DNA of 64,000 bases from Mytilus edulis. Taxonomy: Eukaryota. The position numbers and the translations under genes were made by a program. Of this stretch, positions 56,101 through 63,159 are shown piece by piece. How positions within the stretch are numbered: position 1 is the stretch's first letter; every line of letters starts with the position of its first letter. Below the pieces are notes generated by a model, which worked only from the letters and a program-made list of their open reading frames with translations, had not been told where the DNA came from and searched no databases. The stretch is taken from assembly GCF_963676685.1 (NCBI RefSeq), contig NC_092352.1, positions 47,926,001 to 47,990,000 on the forward strand, in the 5' to 3' direction.

Positions 56101-59100
56101 CATTCCAATCCTCAATCTGCATATTTAAATCTCTATCCCATTTTTCACGGGAAGATAAAGATAACACTTTATTATCCTCCAAAAATAATGTATAGAAAAA
56201 TTTACAAGATTTTGGTTCCTTTTTAACTTTATCAATAATTTATTTTCAATATTTTCCAGTTTTGAACTACCTTCTAATATACTTTTCCATCTCTTTGGAA
56301 TCGCACTTAAAATACTATAAAATTCTACAAAATTAGTATTGATATCATACTTTTTTTTAAATTCATCATATGAGAATAATGTATTATTATCTGACATAAG
56401 ATCATTAATGAAGAATATACTATTTTCAACATATTTGAACCTCAAAATCATCTTGCCATCTATTTTGATGTTTGGATTCAGCCATATGGACTGGGTCAAA
56501 ATTTCAGTATTGTTTTCAGCTTTAAGCTTATTTTTTAACTTGGAAAAATTTACCAGGATATCATGCCAAAATGGATTAACTTTTTCTGCTAAATAAAGTA
56601 AACCTTCCTGACTTAAGTGTAAAATCTTGTCCCCCCCAAATTTTTGTATATAACTAAGTAGCAAGACTTTCCAAGGAGAGTAGTTTTGGGGATCTAATAA
56701 TTTATACAGCCAAGACATTTTTACACTATAGCAAAAATAATAAATATTGGGCATCTTAAGACCACCATCACAGTGTTCGGACATTATCACTGCCCTTTTC
56801 ACTTTATCAGGTTTTCCTTTCCATAAAAAGTTAAAAAATATATTCTGAATCTCCCTCAAAACCCCTTCTGGGGGGTTAGGAAGGACAGTCAGAACTTGGA
56901 CCAAAATGGGAAGTGCTAAAGTCTTAATAACTACAACCCTCCCAATATATGTCAGTTCTCTATAAGCCCAAGTATTGAGTAATGACTTGATACTGTTTAT
57001 CTTGGCTGTAAAATTACATAGAGTTTTATCCATTTTAGCAAGTTCAAACCATATACCTAGTAGTTTAAACCTCCCAGAATGGTTCCAAACAAGATTTTTT
57101 TCTGGCAAAAGTTTTTCCATACTACCCTTTTTTGACCCAATCCATACGGCTTCGGTTTTGTCAACATTACACCTAAGTCCAGCACATTCTGAAAATTTAT
57201 CAAACAAGTATAAACACTGATTTAGGGATTTTTGGTTACCATCCAGGACTACGGAAGAGTCATCAGCGTATTGACTCAACAGAAATTCAGAGTCATTAAT
57301 TGTTACACCTGCAACCTCAGGGTCATTTTTAATAGCTGCACTTAGTAATTCTAGCACTAAAATAAATAGGTAAGGAGACAGAGGATCCCCTTGACGGACC
57401 CCCCTTTTTAATGAAAAAAATTCTGAAATATAACCATTATTCAACACAGCACTAGAAGCATCACAGTAGCAAGCCTTAATCCAATTTATAAATGTATGGT
57501 CAAATCCATAAAACTGCAAAGCCTCATATATGAAAGACCATTCGACTGTGTCGAAAGCTTTTTCAAAATCGACTAAAAGTAAAAGTCCAGGAATGTCGTC
57601 TTCTTCCATCTTTTCCATTAGATCATAAATAAATCTAGTACATTCGCCAATATACCTACCTTTAAGAAAACCTTTTTGTGTTTGACTAATTATATTTACC
57701 AAGACCTTTTTAAATCTATTTGCTAGACTGGCTGTAGCTATCTTATAGTCTACACACAGCAGTGTGATAGGTCGCCAGTTCTTAAGATAAAACTTTGACT
57801 TACCCTCCTTTGGTATACAGGTAATGAGTCCCTGTCTTTGAGTGATAGAGAACTTTCCATACTCTAAAGCCTCATTTAAACATCTTACTAGTGGAAATTT
57901 AATATCATTCCAGAAAAATTTATAAAACTCAACAGTGAAGCCATCTATACCAGGTGATTTAGAGTTCTTCATATGTTTAAGAGAAGACAGACATTCCTGT
58001 ACTGATAAAGGTCCTTCACATGATTTCACCTCTTCCTCAATAGGTTTTGTAATAAAAGGATTGTCATGCTGAAGAAATGTGCTCCTGTGAGTCTCAAGTA
58101 ACAATGGGTTAGAACTAGTATACAATTTTTTATAAAATTGTTTTTGTTCATTTCTAATAATACATGGATCCGTTATCTCAGATTCGTCCTCCAGAATAAG
58201 TTTGGGAATAATTTTTTCTGTATAATGTTTTTTTTCCAAATTACAAAAATAGTTACTTCCCTTTTCCCCCTCTACTTGCCATCTTGCCTTTACTCTTGTA
58301 ATTATCCCTTTAACATTTTTTTCTCTTATTACTTTTAATTCTAGTTCCAACCCTTCCTTTCTTGTTGTACTGATGGCAAGTTATTCTCTATGAGTTTTTT
58401 TATCTAATAATGATATCTTGTATAATAATTCTTTTTCTTTATTATTTTGTTCCTTCTTCCGGAAAGACGAAAATGAGATTGCAGATCCACGAACTTTCAA
58501 CTTAATCATATCCCACAAAAGCTGATAGCTTATATTAAACTGTTTGTCCTCTGTCTCAATATCAATAGATGGATCAGACTCATATTCTTCAATGACAGTT
58601 TTGATATCCCCTTTAACTTTTTCAATAAACTCAGTTTCCTTCAAAAGACAATATATATATTAACTATCATATTCAACATCTGATACACGACAATTTTTTT
58701 TTCCACACGTATTTTTTAGAACTATTAAATGTGAAAAATACTAACGTAGACTCAGTAGAGGATAGATGAATAAGCTGATTATCATTACAATAACGTCCAC
58801 AATCGTCTGCCGTTTTCTTCTCTTCAAAGGTGTTGCTAGTTCTTTAGTAATTGCTAAAGAACCTAATAATGAGAAAAATGATTGTACGTAAATTGATCAA
58901 AACTGAATTATATTGTCTATTTCAAACTGTCATAGAAGAAAAAATGTATATGTGAATGCGTATGATTTTGATCGAAGTTGAATTATAAAAACATAATAAC
59001 TATTTTCAGATATAACTTTCAAAAAACGAAATGGCAATCTTAAGAATTTTAAAGATTTTGTTGATGCTTATTTTAAGCGATGCTATAACTAACTAATAAT

Positions 59101-62100
59101 ATAAATATTGGAACACATATATTCTCTGATGATCAAGCAGGCTTATTCTTTTTTTGTGTGTGGATACTATCATAGTTTTATCGAAATCTCACAATAAAGA
59201 TACATAACATGAAGTTTAGAACATAGTTTGTTTTCCCGTTCAATTTGACTTTTTATTGATTAATGTACATAAATTTAGACTTACAATCTTTATCTTCAAC
59301 CGTCCATTGTCCTCTTTGACAGAATGCACAGGAAAACTCATTTGTAAATTCGCATTTAACTGTCAATTTTGTACCATGAGGAATATCATCGTTAACGTTT
59401 GAATGAGCTGGTTGAACATGAAAATGTTCAGTCAATGCAGATACTGGACACTATAAACATACACATAAAAAAGATGTAATGTAAAGGCAAATACCGGACA
59501 CAGTTATAAGATATACACATGCAAAATGAACTCCGAAGAAATATACCGGATCCAATATTATAATTGAACACATATGAAAACGTACACTAAAGAAAGATAA
59601 TGGACACTATCAAACATTTGCACGAAAAAGTTCTGTCAAGGCAGATACTGGACATTATAATCAGTAACATTATAACGTCAAACACGCGACTCTCAACTAG
59701 AGTTGATGTGAACCTTGCCATGCAGTCATATGACCTCAAATATGTGGGTTGTTTTTAAATACATATATAAGTAAGCAATGCATGTGGTTGTTAAATTTTA
59801 TATATCCTTTTTTGTGCTTCTTTGTTAAATGTTTGTTTGTTTTTGTTCTGATTGAGATTGTGACATGCAGATGTTTGTTATATCCCTATTTAGACAATTA
59901 CCTATTATGTCTGTTTTATTAACTCATCTATATAAATATAAAGGAATGTGATGCGACTGTCCTACTAATACGAGGTTTAGCGCTATAAAAACCGGTTCAA
60001 TCCACCATTTTCTTCATTTGAAAATGCCTGTACCAAGTCAGGAATATGATAGTTGTTGTCAATTTGTTTGATGTGTTTTATCATTTGATTTTGCCATTTG
60101 ATTAGGGATTTTCCGTTTTAAATTTTCCTCGGAGTTCAGTATTTTTGTGAGTTTATTAGTTACACATACACATATAAATTTTACTATAAAGAAAGATACG
60201 GGACACTCTCCACTGTTAAACATGTATATGAGAATGTTTTGTCAAGGCAGATACCGGATCCTATAACTAAACACGAAAAATGTACTCTTAAAACAGAAAA
60301 GGGATACTATTAATATACGCATGAAAATGTTCTTTCAAGAATGATACTGTATACTATAGACACACACATGAACATGTTCTATGAAGCAAATACATGACCC
60401 TATAAACATTCACTGATGAGTCTTTTGTAGACGAAACCCGCGTCTGACGCAAATACAAAATGTCAATCCTGGTATATAAGATGTATTTATATGTAAATAT
60501 AAAGGCTTTTCACCCTCAGGAATATATTACGTAGATTTAGCGAAACGTTTAGATATATTTGGTCATCAATCCTCGCGTGTCATTGATGAGTCTTTTGTAA
60601 ACGAAAGGAAACGGATTAATATAAGCTAAAAGCTTGTTTCTGGATCCTATTAATTATACACTTGTTTTATTATGTAAAATTTAGCTTGTTTCTCTATTGT
60701 CATAAAAATTCATAATATCTAATAAAATTAATAGATTTAGCTAACAAAGTCCTTATATTTCAATAAGGTAACTTTATTTGTTAGTGGAAAATTGTTTAAT
60801 GTTAATTAGGCTTAAATTAAATATTGTTTGCTTTCCCCTCTCTGTGATTAAAGTAAGATAACTCTGGTCAATTTTCCTAACAGTCAATCATTATGGGAAG
60901 ATGATATAGTTCTGTTTTTCATTTATAGTCTTTTTCAGAAAAGTTCTAATTGTTTTGGGTAGATCCTACTTACAATTTTACACTCTAGCATTCAACATCA
61001 GTTAGAAGCTTCTGGAATAAATTGGTGGCTATGGTGTACTGTTTTGTGTTTGTGCGTATGTGTGTTTGTGTTAGGCGTTATTACACTTCTTTCATGTATT
61101 TGTCTTAAGGGATTGAGTAGAGCAGATAAGTTATATCAGCTTTCTGCTTCATTTGAGTTCTGGCATAATGGTATACACCATATCGATCTTAGAAACAAAT
61201 GACTTTACGAGTAGAAGGACGAATGCTGTTGGACAGTTTGTGATGCATACTATAACTTGAAACATATTTTTGACAGCACAAATAATGTTTTTTCACCGGC
61301 ATATTGTACCTCAAATTAAAAGTAGGAAAACAGTGTTTTTTTTTAATAATTTTCAGGATATTGCTTTAATAGAGAACAATTTTATGAATACTTGGAAGAT
61401 GCCTTTTCTGTGACATAGTCACTTGTTTCAGAATATTCTCCCCTATATACCTTAATGGTATATTAAAGTATAATGAAGGAAATTTTATTCTGTAAGGAAT
61501 GCCTGTGAACTGTGATTTAGAGTAGATTTTCTCATCACTCTAAGAAAGTTAGTGATGATGAAGTCAGATTTGACCTTGCTTATTTTTGACGTATGAACAC
61601 GGTATGAAAAAAAATATTTATAAGATAACAAAATAATTCTTTATATTGGTATATATTAATTTTAAACATTTCAAAACAAATAAAATAGATTATAGATATA
61701 CATAAATGTCTTTGATAAACTAATGAAAAAATACGAGTATCTAGTACATTACAGATTTTGTAACGATTTTAAATTCAAGAAAATAACCCTACATGTATAA
61801 GATGTAATTATAACCCTGTTCAAGGTAGACAATCAACATATTGACTTTCTGAAATTGAACATAGACTCATAGTTCAAAGGAATATAACTCTTGTATACAA
61901 ATGACACATCAATCGAATTATTTAGCTGTGAATGTGTGCGCCATCTTCAAGGAAGATTCTAAATTATCAATATAACCATAAGTTGTTGATCTATAGATAC
62001 TGACGACTAATGAATGCTAACCACAGTAAAGAATATTTGTTTGAAACTTTTTAACACTTACTCCGAAAAATGCTCGACCTACTTGACTTTCAAAGCTCAT

Positions 62101-63159
62101 AATTAACGTGTTTACACACTGATATAATATGGTTGTTAAACATTACAAACCTGTAATCGTAAAAGACACTATACACCTCGTGTGCTTGCATTAACTTATC
62201 CAAAAATATATTTATTTCAAGCCTAAATATTTCGACATGTTGTTTACATTTAATAAATTTTAGAGTTCTAATTGTGTCACAAAATCGGTTAAGATTTGAC
62301 TAAATACCTATTTCCCGATATGGTCAGGTAAATTTGCTATGTAATTGCCTATTTTTATACTTTACTGTACGTGAATTTAATTAATAAAATATGTTTACAC
62401 TAAAAGAAACGCGTGTACGGCGAAAATAAAAAAGTTCACTCGTGGTATTTATTATATTTTTTTCACAACACGAATAAAGCAAGAAAAAACTGACAAAGAA
62501 CTCTTTTTATTTTGTTAATTTAATATTAAACATAGTCGATATTCGAATCAAACATTTTAAATAACATTTTAGTTCTTACATCAACGTTAACCATATCAGC
62601 TCTATTTCACGTATCAAATATAAGCTAAAAGAACCCGGCAAGGAATTGGTTTTCGTCCCGAATGAAGGCTGCTAATAATATCATTATTGTTTGACGTTTA
62701 TTTTACTTTGAGTCACTGCACTAACAAACAAATCTCTAATTCACCGGCATTGTAATAGACTCCTTGTTACTTTAATGCAATTTAATTAAGATGATCGACA
62801 ACGTGCATTATTTGTAAAGTTGATAAGGATTATTTATCCACAAGGCCTTGGTATCTTCAAATGAACTTTTGTTTTAGTCAAACAATACAACAGCTCTATT
62901 TGCAGACTTACTTCAAAGTCTTTGAATTATATATTAATTCGGATATCGGTTATCTAATATAACAAAAATTACGAAATTTTATTTGGTGTCTTCATAGATC
63001 AGTTTGTTATCCAGGTGCCCTTGTCTTAGACTGTATACAAAGAAAAGTTTGGATTTTTGTTAATACATTTATCAAATAACTTACATGTTTCTCGTTTGCT
63101 CCAAACACATTTGTGGAAAACAATGTAACAAGAGCAAACAACAGCTTTACCATCCACAT
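17018..63159 (-). CDS. SVEP1/uninflatable-like multidomain type-I membrane protein (Sushi, HYR, ephrin-receptor-like Cys repeats, LamG/pentraxin, EGF, TSP1, TM), ~1477 aa, 25 coding exons
   Basis: Phase-consistent exons in transcript order: 63159-63085, 59450-59285, 58862-58746, 45613-45484, 44876-44743, 43892-43701, 41242-41060, 40052-39798, 39074-38883, 37412-37224, 36345-36161, 34189-33904, 33155-32994, 32183-32022, 31621-31426, 31070-30901, 28300-28118, 27704-27474, 27083-26913, 26497-26294, 25662-25402, 25021-24839, 21291-21136, 19047-18963, 17183-17018. No internal stops. Small extra exons near the TM cannot be excluded. Confidence 0.88.
17957..18605 (+). mobile_element. HINE-like element with (GGAATGAC)n-type microsatellite
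   Basis: AACTAG start, internal duplicated TAACTGTGATTTTCAACAAT, 8-bp repeats 18475-18557, GC-rich 3' hairpin. Confidence 0.68.
18963..19047 (-). CDS. Transmembrane exon ([29 protein letters not shown])
   Basis: TTTCAG acceptor, GTATGT donor, ~24 hydrophobic residues followed by RQK. Confidence 0.82.
21136..21291 (-). CDS. Ephrin-receptor-like Cys repeat exon
   Basis: VPCSIGHF...[22 protein letters not shown]. Confidence 0.93.
21375..21675 (+). mobile_element. Helentron-associated (HINE/DINE-1/pearl-like) non-autonomous element
   Basis: AACAAG start, subterminal ATGCCCC repeat, (GAAC/GGAC)n microsatellite, 3' palindrome ATGCCCC...GGGGCAT, A-rich flank. Confidence 0.8.
22040..22290 (-). repeat. 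Inverted decayed copy of the 43149-43345 hammerhead repeat
   Basis: Reverse complement GAGCGTCA-CTGTTGG-GTC...GAC-GAAA, plus shared body and tail. Confidence 0.7.
23402..24650 (+). mobile_element. HINE-like element with an internal ~485-bp tandem duplication
   Basis: 5' hairpin GGCTCT-AA-AGAGCC plus GCTCACC; repeat starts at ~23578, ~24068, ~24548; (GAC)n tract; 3' hairpin GCTCAC...GTGAGC. Confidence 0.82.
24839..25021 (-). CDS. Linker exon ending [12 protein letters not shown]
   Basis: Phase 1/1; parallels the end of exon 33904-34189. Confidence 0.85.
25402..25662 (-). CDS. Cys-containing linker (second SEA-like module) exon
   Basis: Open, phase 1/1. Confidence 0.82.
26294..26497 (-). CDS. 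Sushi/CCP-like exon
   Basis: CTEL..P.N...CVLSCDEGF...LPYC. Confidence 0.9.
26913..27083 (-). CDS. Thrombospondin type-1 repeat exon (missed by ORF track frame)
   Basis: [39 protein letters not shown]. Confidence 0.95.
27474..27704 (-). CDS. Two calcium-binding EGF-like repeats
   Basis: [13 protein letters not shown]...GFTGSNC; IDDC...[16 protein letters not shown]...GYTGELC. Confidence 0.95.
28118..28300 (-). CDS. LamG/pentraxin-like exon 3
   Basis: FKGAISQF...W...IPSKCD; donor is either GC (exon end 28118) or GT (exon end 28085). Confidence 0.8.
28807..30079 (-). mobile_element. Non-autonomous PIF/Harbinger DNA transposon (deletion derivative)
   Basis: TIRs AGCCCCGGTCACA / TGTGACCAGGGAT; long arms rich in TCGT/ACGA motifs; internal transposase fragment; flanks CAA and TTA (imperfect TWA TSD). 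Confidence 0.8.
29190..29494 (-). pseudogene. N-terminal fragment of a Harbinger-type transposase
   Basis: Frameshifted [10 protein letters not shown]...[11 protein letters not shown] / [54 protein letters not shown], which fits the WV.PW...GQY.TLM.EL...F..F.RM...F.ELL..V.P N-terminus of HARBI1-like transposases. Confidence 0.75.
30199..30784. mobile_element. MITE with TTAA TSD and GG..CC termini (Kolobok-like)
   Basis: TTAA|GGTGGTATGGG ... CCCATACCACCC|TTAA. Confidence 0.8.
30901..31070 (-). CDS. LamG/pentraxin-like exon 2
   Basis: WFHIAL...LFVDG...ITLG motif. Confidence 0.85.
31426..31621 (-). CDS. LamG/pentraxin-like exon 1
   Basis: Open, phase 1/2; YDVVFP...FVVTFHI. Confidence 0.8.
32022..32183 (-). 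CDS. Ephrin-receptor-like Cys repeat exon
   Basis: CEPGTWS.TG.PPC..C..GYY...G...C..CP. Confidence 0.92.
32994..33155 (-). CDS. Ephrin-receptor-like (GCC2/GCC3) Cys repeat exon
   Basis: VPCPEGTFY...[15 protein letters not shown]. Confidence 0.92.
33904..34189 (-). CDS. Linker exon with KQKKR|S basic site
   Basis: Phase 0/1; [12 protein letters not shown]...DCPANSVP...C. Confidence 0.85.
35300..35506 (-). repeat. tRNA-derived SINE head interrupted by another repeat
   Basis: Reverse-strand A box (TGACCGAGTTG) and B box (GTTCGAACTC) separated by a ~115-bp insert of a family also seen at ~26550 and ~25100. Confidence 0.55.
36161..36345 (-). CDS. Cys-containing linker (SEA-like module) exon
   Basis: Open, phase 1/0; YFTGNCNDP...CNIGNIK. 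Confidence 0.85.
37224..37412 (-). CDS. Sushi/CCP exon
   Basis: [10 protein letters not shown]...C.EDGTW. Confidence 0.9.
38883..39074 (-). CDS. Sushi/CCP exon
   Basis: RCP.L...GSECAFSC...W...PFC. Confidence 0.9.
39798..40052 (-). CDS. HYR domain 2 exon
   Basis: [11 protein letters not shown]...[17 protein letters not shown]. Confidence 0.92.
40328..40781. mobile_element. Non-autonomous element with inverted terminal arrays of a 15-bp unit (GGACAAAAAGTCACA)
   Basis: Two units at the left end, four inverted units at the right end, AT-rich core. Confidence 0.75.
41060..41242 (-). CDS. Sushi/CCP exon
   Basis: CTFGCDAGF...CLASGFW...PDC. Confidence 0.92.
41760..41889. repeat. Long imperfect inverted repeat (~44-bp arms), probably the end of a non-autonomous DNA element
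   Basis: GATCATAACATG...TATCGCATGTATTATCAGCCCT versus AGGGCTGACAATACATGCGATA...GTGTTATGATC. Confidence 0.75.
43269..43312 (+). ncRNA. Minimal type-I hammerhead ribozyme within a repeat unit (~43149-43345)
   Basis: Stem I GCGUCA/UGGCGU, core CUGAUGA, stem II GUCU/AGAC, GAAA, 2-bp stem III with palindromic GCGC loop, GUC cleavage triplet (cut after 43306). Confidence 0.88.
43701..43892 (-). CDS. Sushi/CCP exon
   Basis: CP...[12 protein letters not shown]...IEC...GEW. Confidence 0.92.
44743..44876 (-). CDS. HYR domain 1, second exon (...[20 protein letters not shown])
   Basis: Phase 2/1; Y.A.D.AGN.A.C.F motif. Confidence 0.9.
45484..45613 (-). CDS. HYR domain 1, first exon ([11 protein letters not shown]...[12 protein letters not shown])
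   Basis: HYR consensus D..P.I.CP / V.W..P.A.D. Confidence 0.88.
46455..46770 (+). repeat. Repeat of a third hammerhead-bearing family (decayed ribozyme 46696-46737); another decayed copy at ~4230-4375
   Basis: GCGTTC-CTGATGA...TCCA-GTAG-AGCGCT-TC-GGAAGC versus CTGATGA...CCA-GAAA-AGCGCC-TC-GGAC. Confidence 0.6.
47392..48477 (+). CDS. LINE ORF1 (coiled-coil, RRM-like region, RGG-rich C-terminus)
   Basis: 361-aa open frame; heptad-rich middle; NVIIRNL and VYIENDMS motifs; GRGRGRG tail. Confidence 0.88.
   Translation: MSNSQELGESTRCPNETVVTAEIHNEEIESSNVSTSINNSCNNSNIRKRPASGNSDISDNKRSRNQTPVSKDEKSKPKPKPKAKSEMKELKDMMLGLTDSMNNMCISLTQRIDSLEKNMSIEITQLIEEKVKVEIDQVRQDFNDQFNNFKDQIKGLEAKVSTQVKSYSDVVKQNNCNVIIRNLQEDPREESNTSILKKTVISLVRDGLNLKDVFIESVSRKKSHNSKPGVIVAAVSNSDQKRELMKAKRNLKNVHKFKDVYIENDMSYSERRNEANFRTLIRAFQHENQAFTMNGGRIVKVHHNNQSSVASGKGGEGKQNESVNGRNVHQNEGNNGQRQGYSNRGNIRGGGRGRGRGKKFQ
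48478..51996 (+). CDS. LINE ORF2: AP-endonuclease, reverse transcriptase and CCHC finger
   Basis: WNVNG, IAETH, GDFNSR, DH (APE); [32 protein letters not shown] (RT); C..C...EDEKH...C. The frame is open from the codon after the ORF1 stop. Confidence 0.95.
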   Translation, partial: VTCGFWNVNGWNCDRNSDKFKLVCACLNNKELHILGIAETHLVKNNTISVDGYTWFGHNRIGIHIRAKAGSGGVGFLVRNDLMELFNVIVVEDSIDGICWLKFEDKLNLDNIFYTCVVYLPPENSTRAVNVHEFLESLMSQMYTIPKGNQFYLCGDFNSRCGDLNDFVEGIDTLPERQVVDYKTNKYGSIFCEFLADINCCMLNGRNNSHNDYTYVSTRGLSVVDYCIVPYEMLKSFDRFEVRRVSALIEDVDIIGIVDPTRCMPDHSLLSWSMHLNIHVDENTEPKDNAASFKTKYDLGKIPDDWLNSESFILDIDRILCTLEESEANQCDIDKTYESFINSIKSEMSEKIPNKIIQISNGSSNKHRRIKKPWWSTELTDLWNEVCKSETMYLKTKSCHSKKQFRHLFCQNRKLFDKNVQQAKRRYWYKMQDDLTSSCDNPKEFWRKIGKIGIGAERQRNIPMEINLEDGSVSTDPISVLNKWKNDFSSMLNVENCIQPSENVGSKDQDKCDYLLDCEITSEEIFNVIKKAKNGKAPGLDELPVEVLKNQTALSFLVRLFNVCYNTGKVPVLWAKGVIVPVPKCSSSDPRDPLSYRGITLAPATYKLYCGVLDCRLREKFDASDIIHDEQNGFRKDRNTIDHLLSITSIIESRKLRKQSTYAAFIDFKKAYDTINRALLFSKLELLGVSSKMIKALRSLYNNVQSCIKLNGILSDWFPVNTGLKQGCIISPLLFNFFINDLIDEVKKLNVGISIGEEKVCIMLYADDVVFLTDSESELQIILNTLECWCDKNMIKVNLEKSKVMHFRTPSVPCTNFPFVFNGKCVDKVSNYTYLGLLLTEHLSYEDMAKTVAKSASRALGLLIAKCKAHGGFQYDVFTKLFNSIVWSVIDYGASIWGSKEFSCINAVKHKAMRFFMGVGRYTPNLALYGDMGWKPCIVKQWSSIFRTWSRFNKMSNCRLNKKIFLWSNNISYNKVKNWNCRVNTKFKELDLNQYCNIECILSKSVIKDIENKLFIMYQNNWHLNLLANESSKLRTYRLFKSKYCTEKYLSITMPGKYRSAYAKFRAGVAPIKIETGRYEGIDVNERFCFNCRKNDLNIIEDEKHVLLECPEYADLRTIFFNSVCNIESSFSNLSNEEKFLFMFHDDRVLQPKSAMKYFLRESVFYTRNKCL
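53270..53834. mobile_element. MITE with TTAA TSD and GG..CC termini (Kolobok-like)
   Basis: TTAA|GGGGGCTCGCGGGT ... ACTCGCGAGCCTCC|TTAA. Confidence 0.85.
54015..54058 (+). ncRNA. Hammerhead ribozyme variant of a second family (core CCGAAGA)
   Basis: Stem I ACAUCA/UGGUGU, stem II GACA/UGUC, GAAA, AUC triplet; U4->C in the core. Confidence 0.7.
54440..55359. repeat. Tandem/inverted array of ~443-bp tRNA-derived (Pol III A/B box) units between (TA)n tracts; diverged copy at ~45770-46250
   Basis: A box TGGTCGTGTGG 54499-54509, B box GGTTCGAATCC 54566-54576; reverse-strand copies in 54775-55359; a 49-bp block occurs four times. Confidence 0.85.
55426..58647 (-). mobile_element. 5'-truncated Tx1/L1-clade LINE with 14-bp target-site duplication
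   Basis: TSD ACAATATATATATT at 55412-55425 and 58648-58661; short poly(A); RT and zf-RVT coding sequence. Confidence 0.93.
55598..58644 (-). pseudogene. Tx1/L1 ORF2 remnant (RT and zf-RVT); endonuclease lost; two frameshifts
   Basis: ORF pieces 58644-58381, 58350-56125, 56182-55598; [39 protein letters not shown]...E...H...C. Confidence 0.92.
58746..58862 (-). CDS. Exon with polybasic site and hydrophobic peptide ([39 protein letters not shown])
   Basis: 117 nt, phase 1/1, TAG acceptor, GTTAGT donor. It supplies the closing Cys of the Sushi module (T+GT) and joins to R-DKTKPQ. Confidence 0.8.
59285..59450 (-). CDS. Degenerate Sushi/CCP exon (CPVSALTEH...GQWTVEDKD)
   Basis: TAG/GTAAGT; C...C...C..GQW pattern. 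Confidence 0.82.
59431..60410. repeat. Degenerate ~50-bp minisatellite in two blocks (59431-59665 and 60188-60410)
   Basis: About 10 units of AAGGCAGATACTGGACACTATAAACATACACAT-like sequence. Confidence 0.7.
60410..60450 (+). ncRNA. Hammerhead ribozyme of the same family with 5'-truncated stem I; degenerate tandem copy at 60583-60606
   Basis: CUGAUGA-GUCU-UUUGU-AGAC-GAAAC-CCGC-GUC-UGACGC. Confidence 0.75.
63085..63159 (-). CDS. First coding exon: signal peptide [25 protein letters not shown]
   Basis: TAG acceptor just upstream, ATG, hydrophobic core, CAT|GTAAGT phase-0 donor matching the next exon. Confidence 0.8.

Noticed and set aside
20680-59135. Other CTGATGA occurrences (~20683, ~20775, ~34402, ~35839, ~37769, ~59126) as hammerheads
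   Set aside because: No stem II plus GAAA plus NUH arrangement follows them.
59431-60410. CRISPR-like repeat-spacer array
   Set aside because: Eukaryotic context, degenerate units, no unique spacers of constant length and no cas genes.
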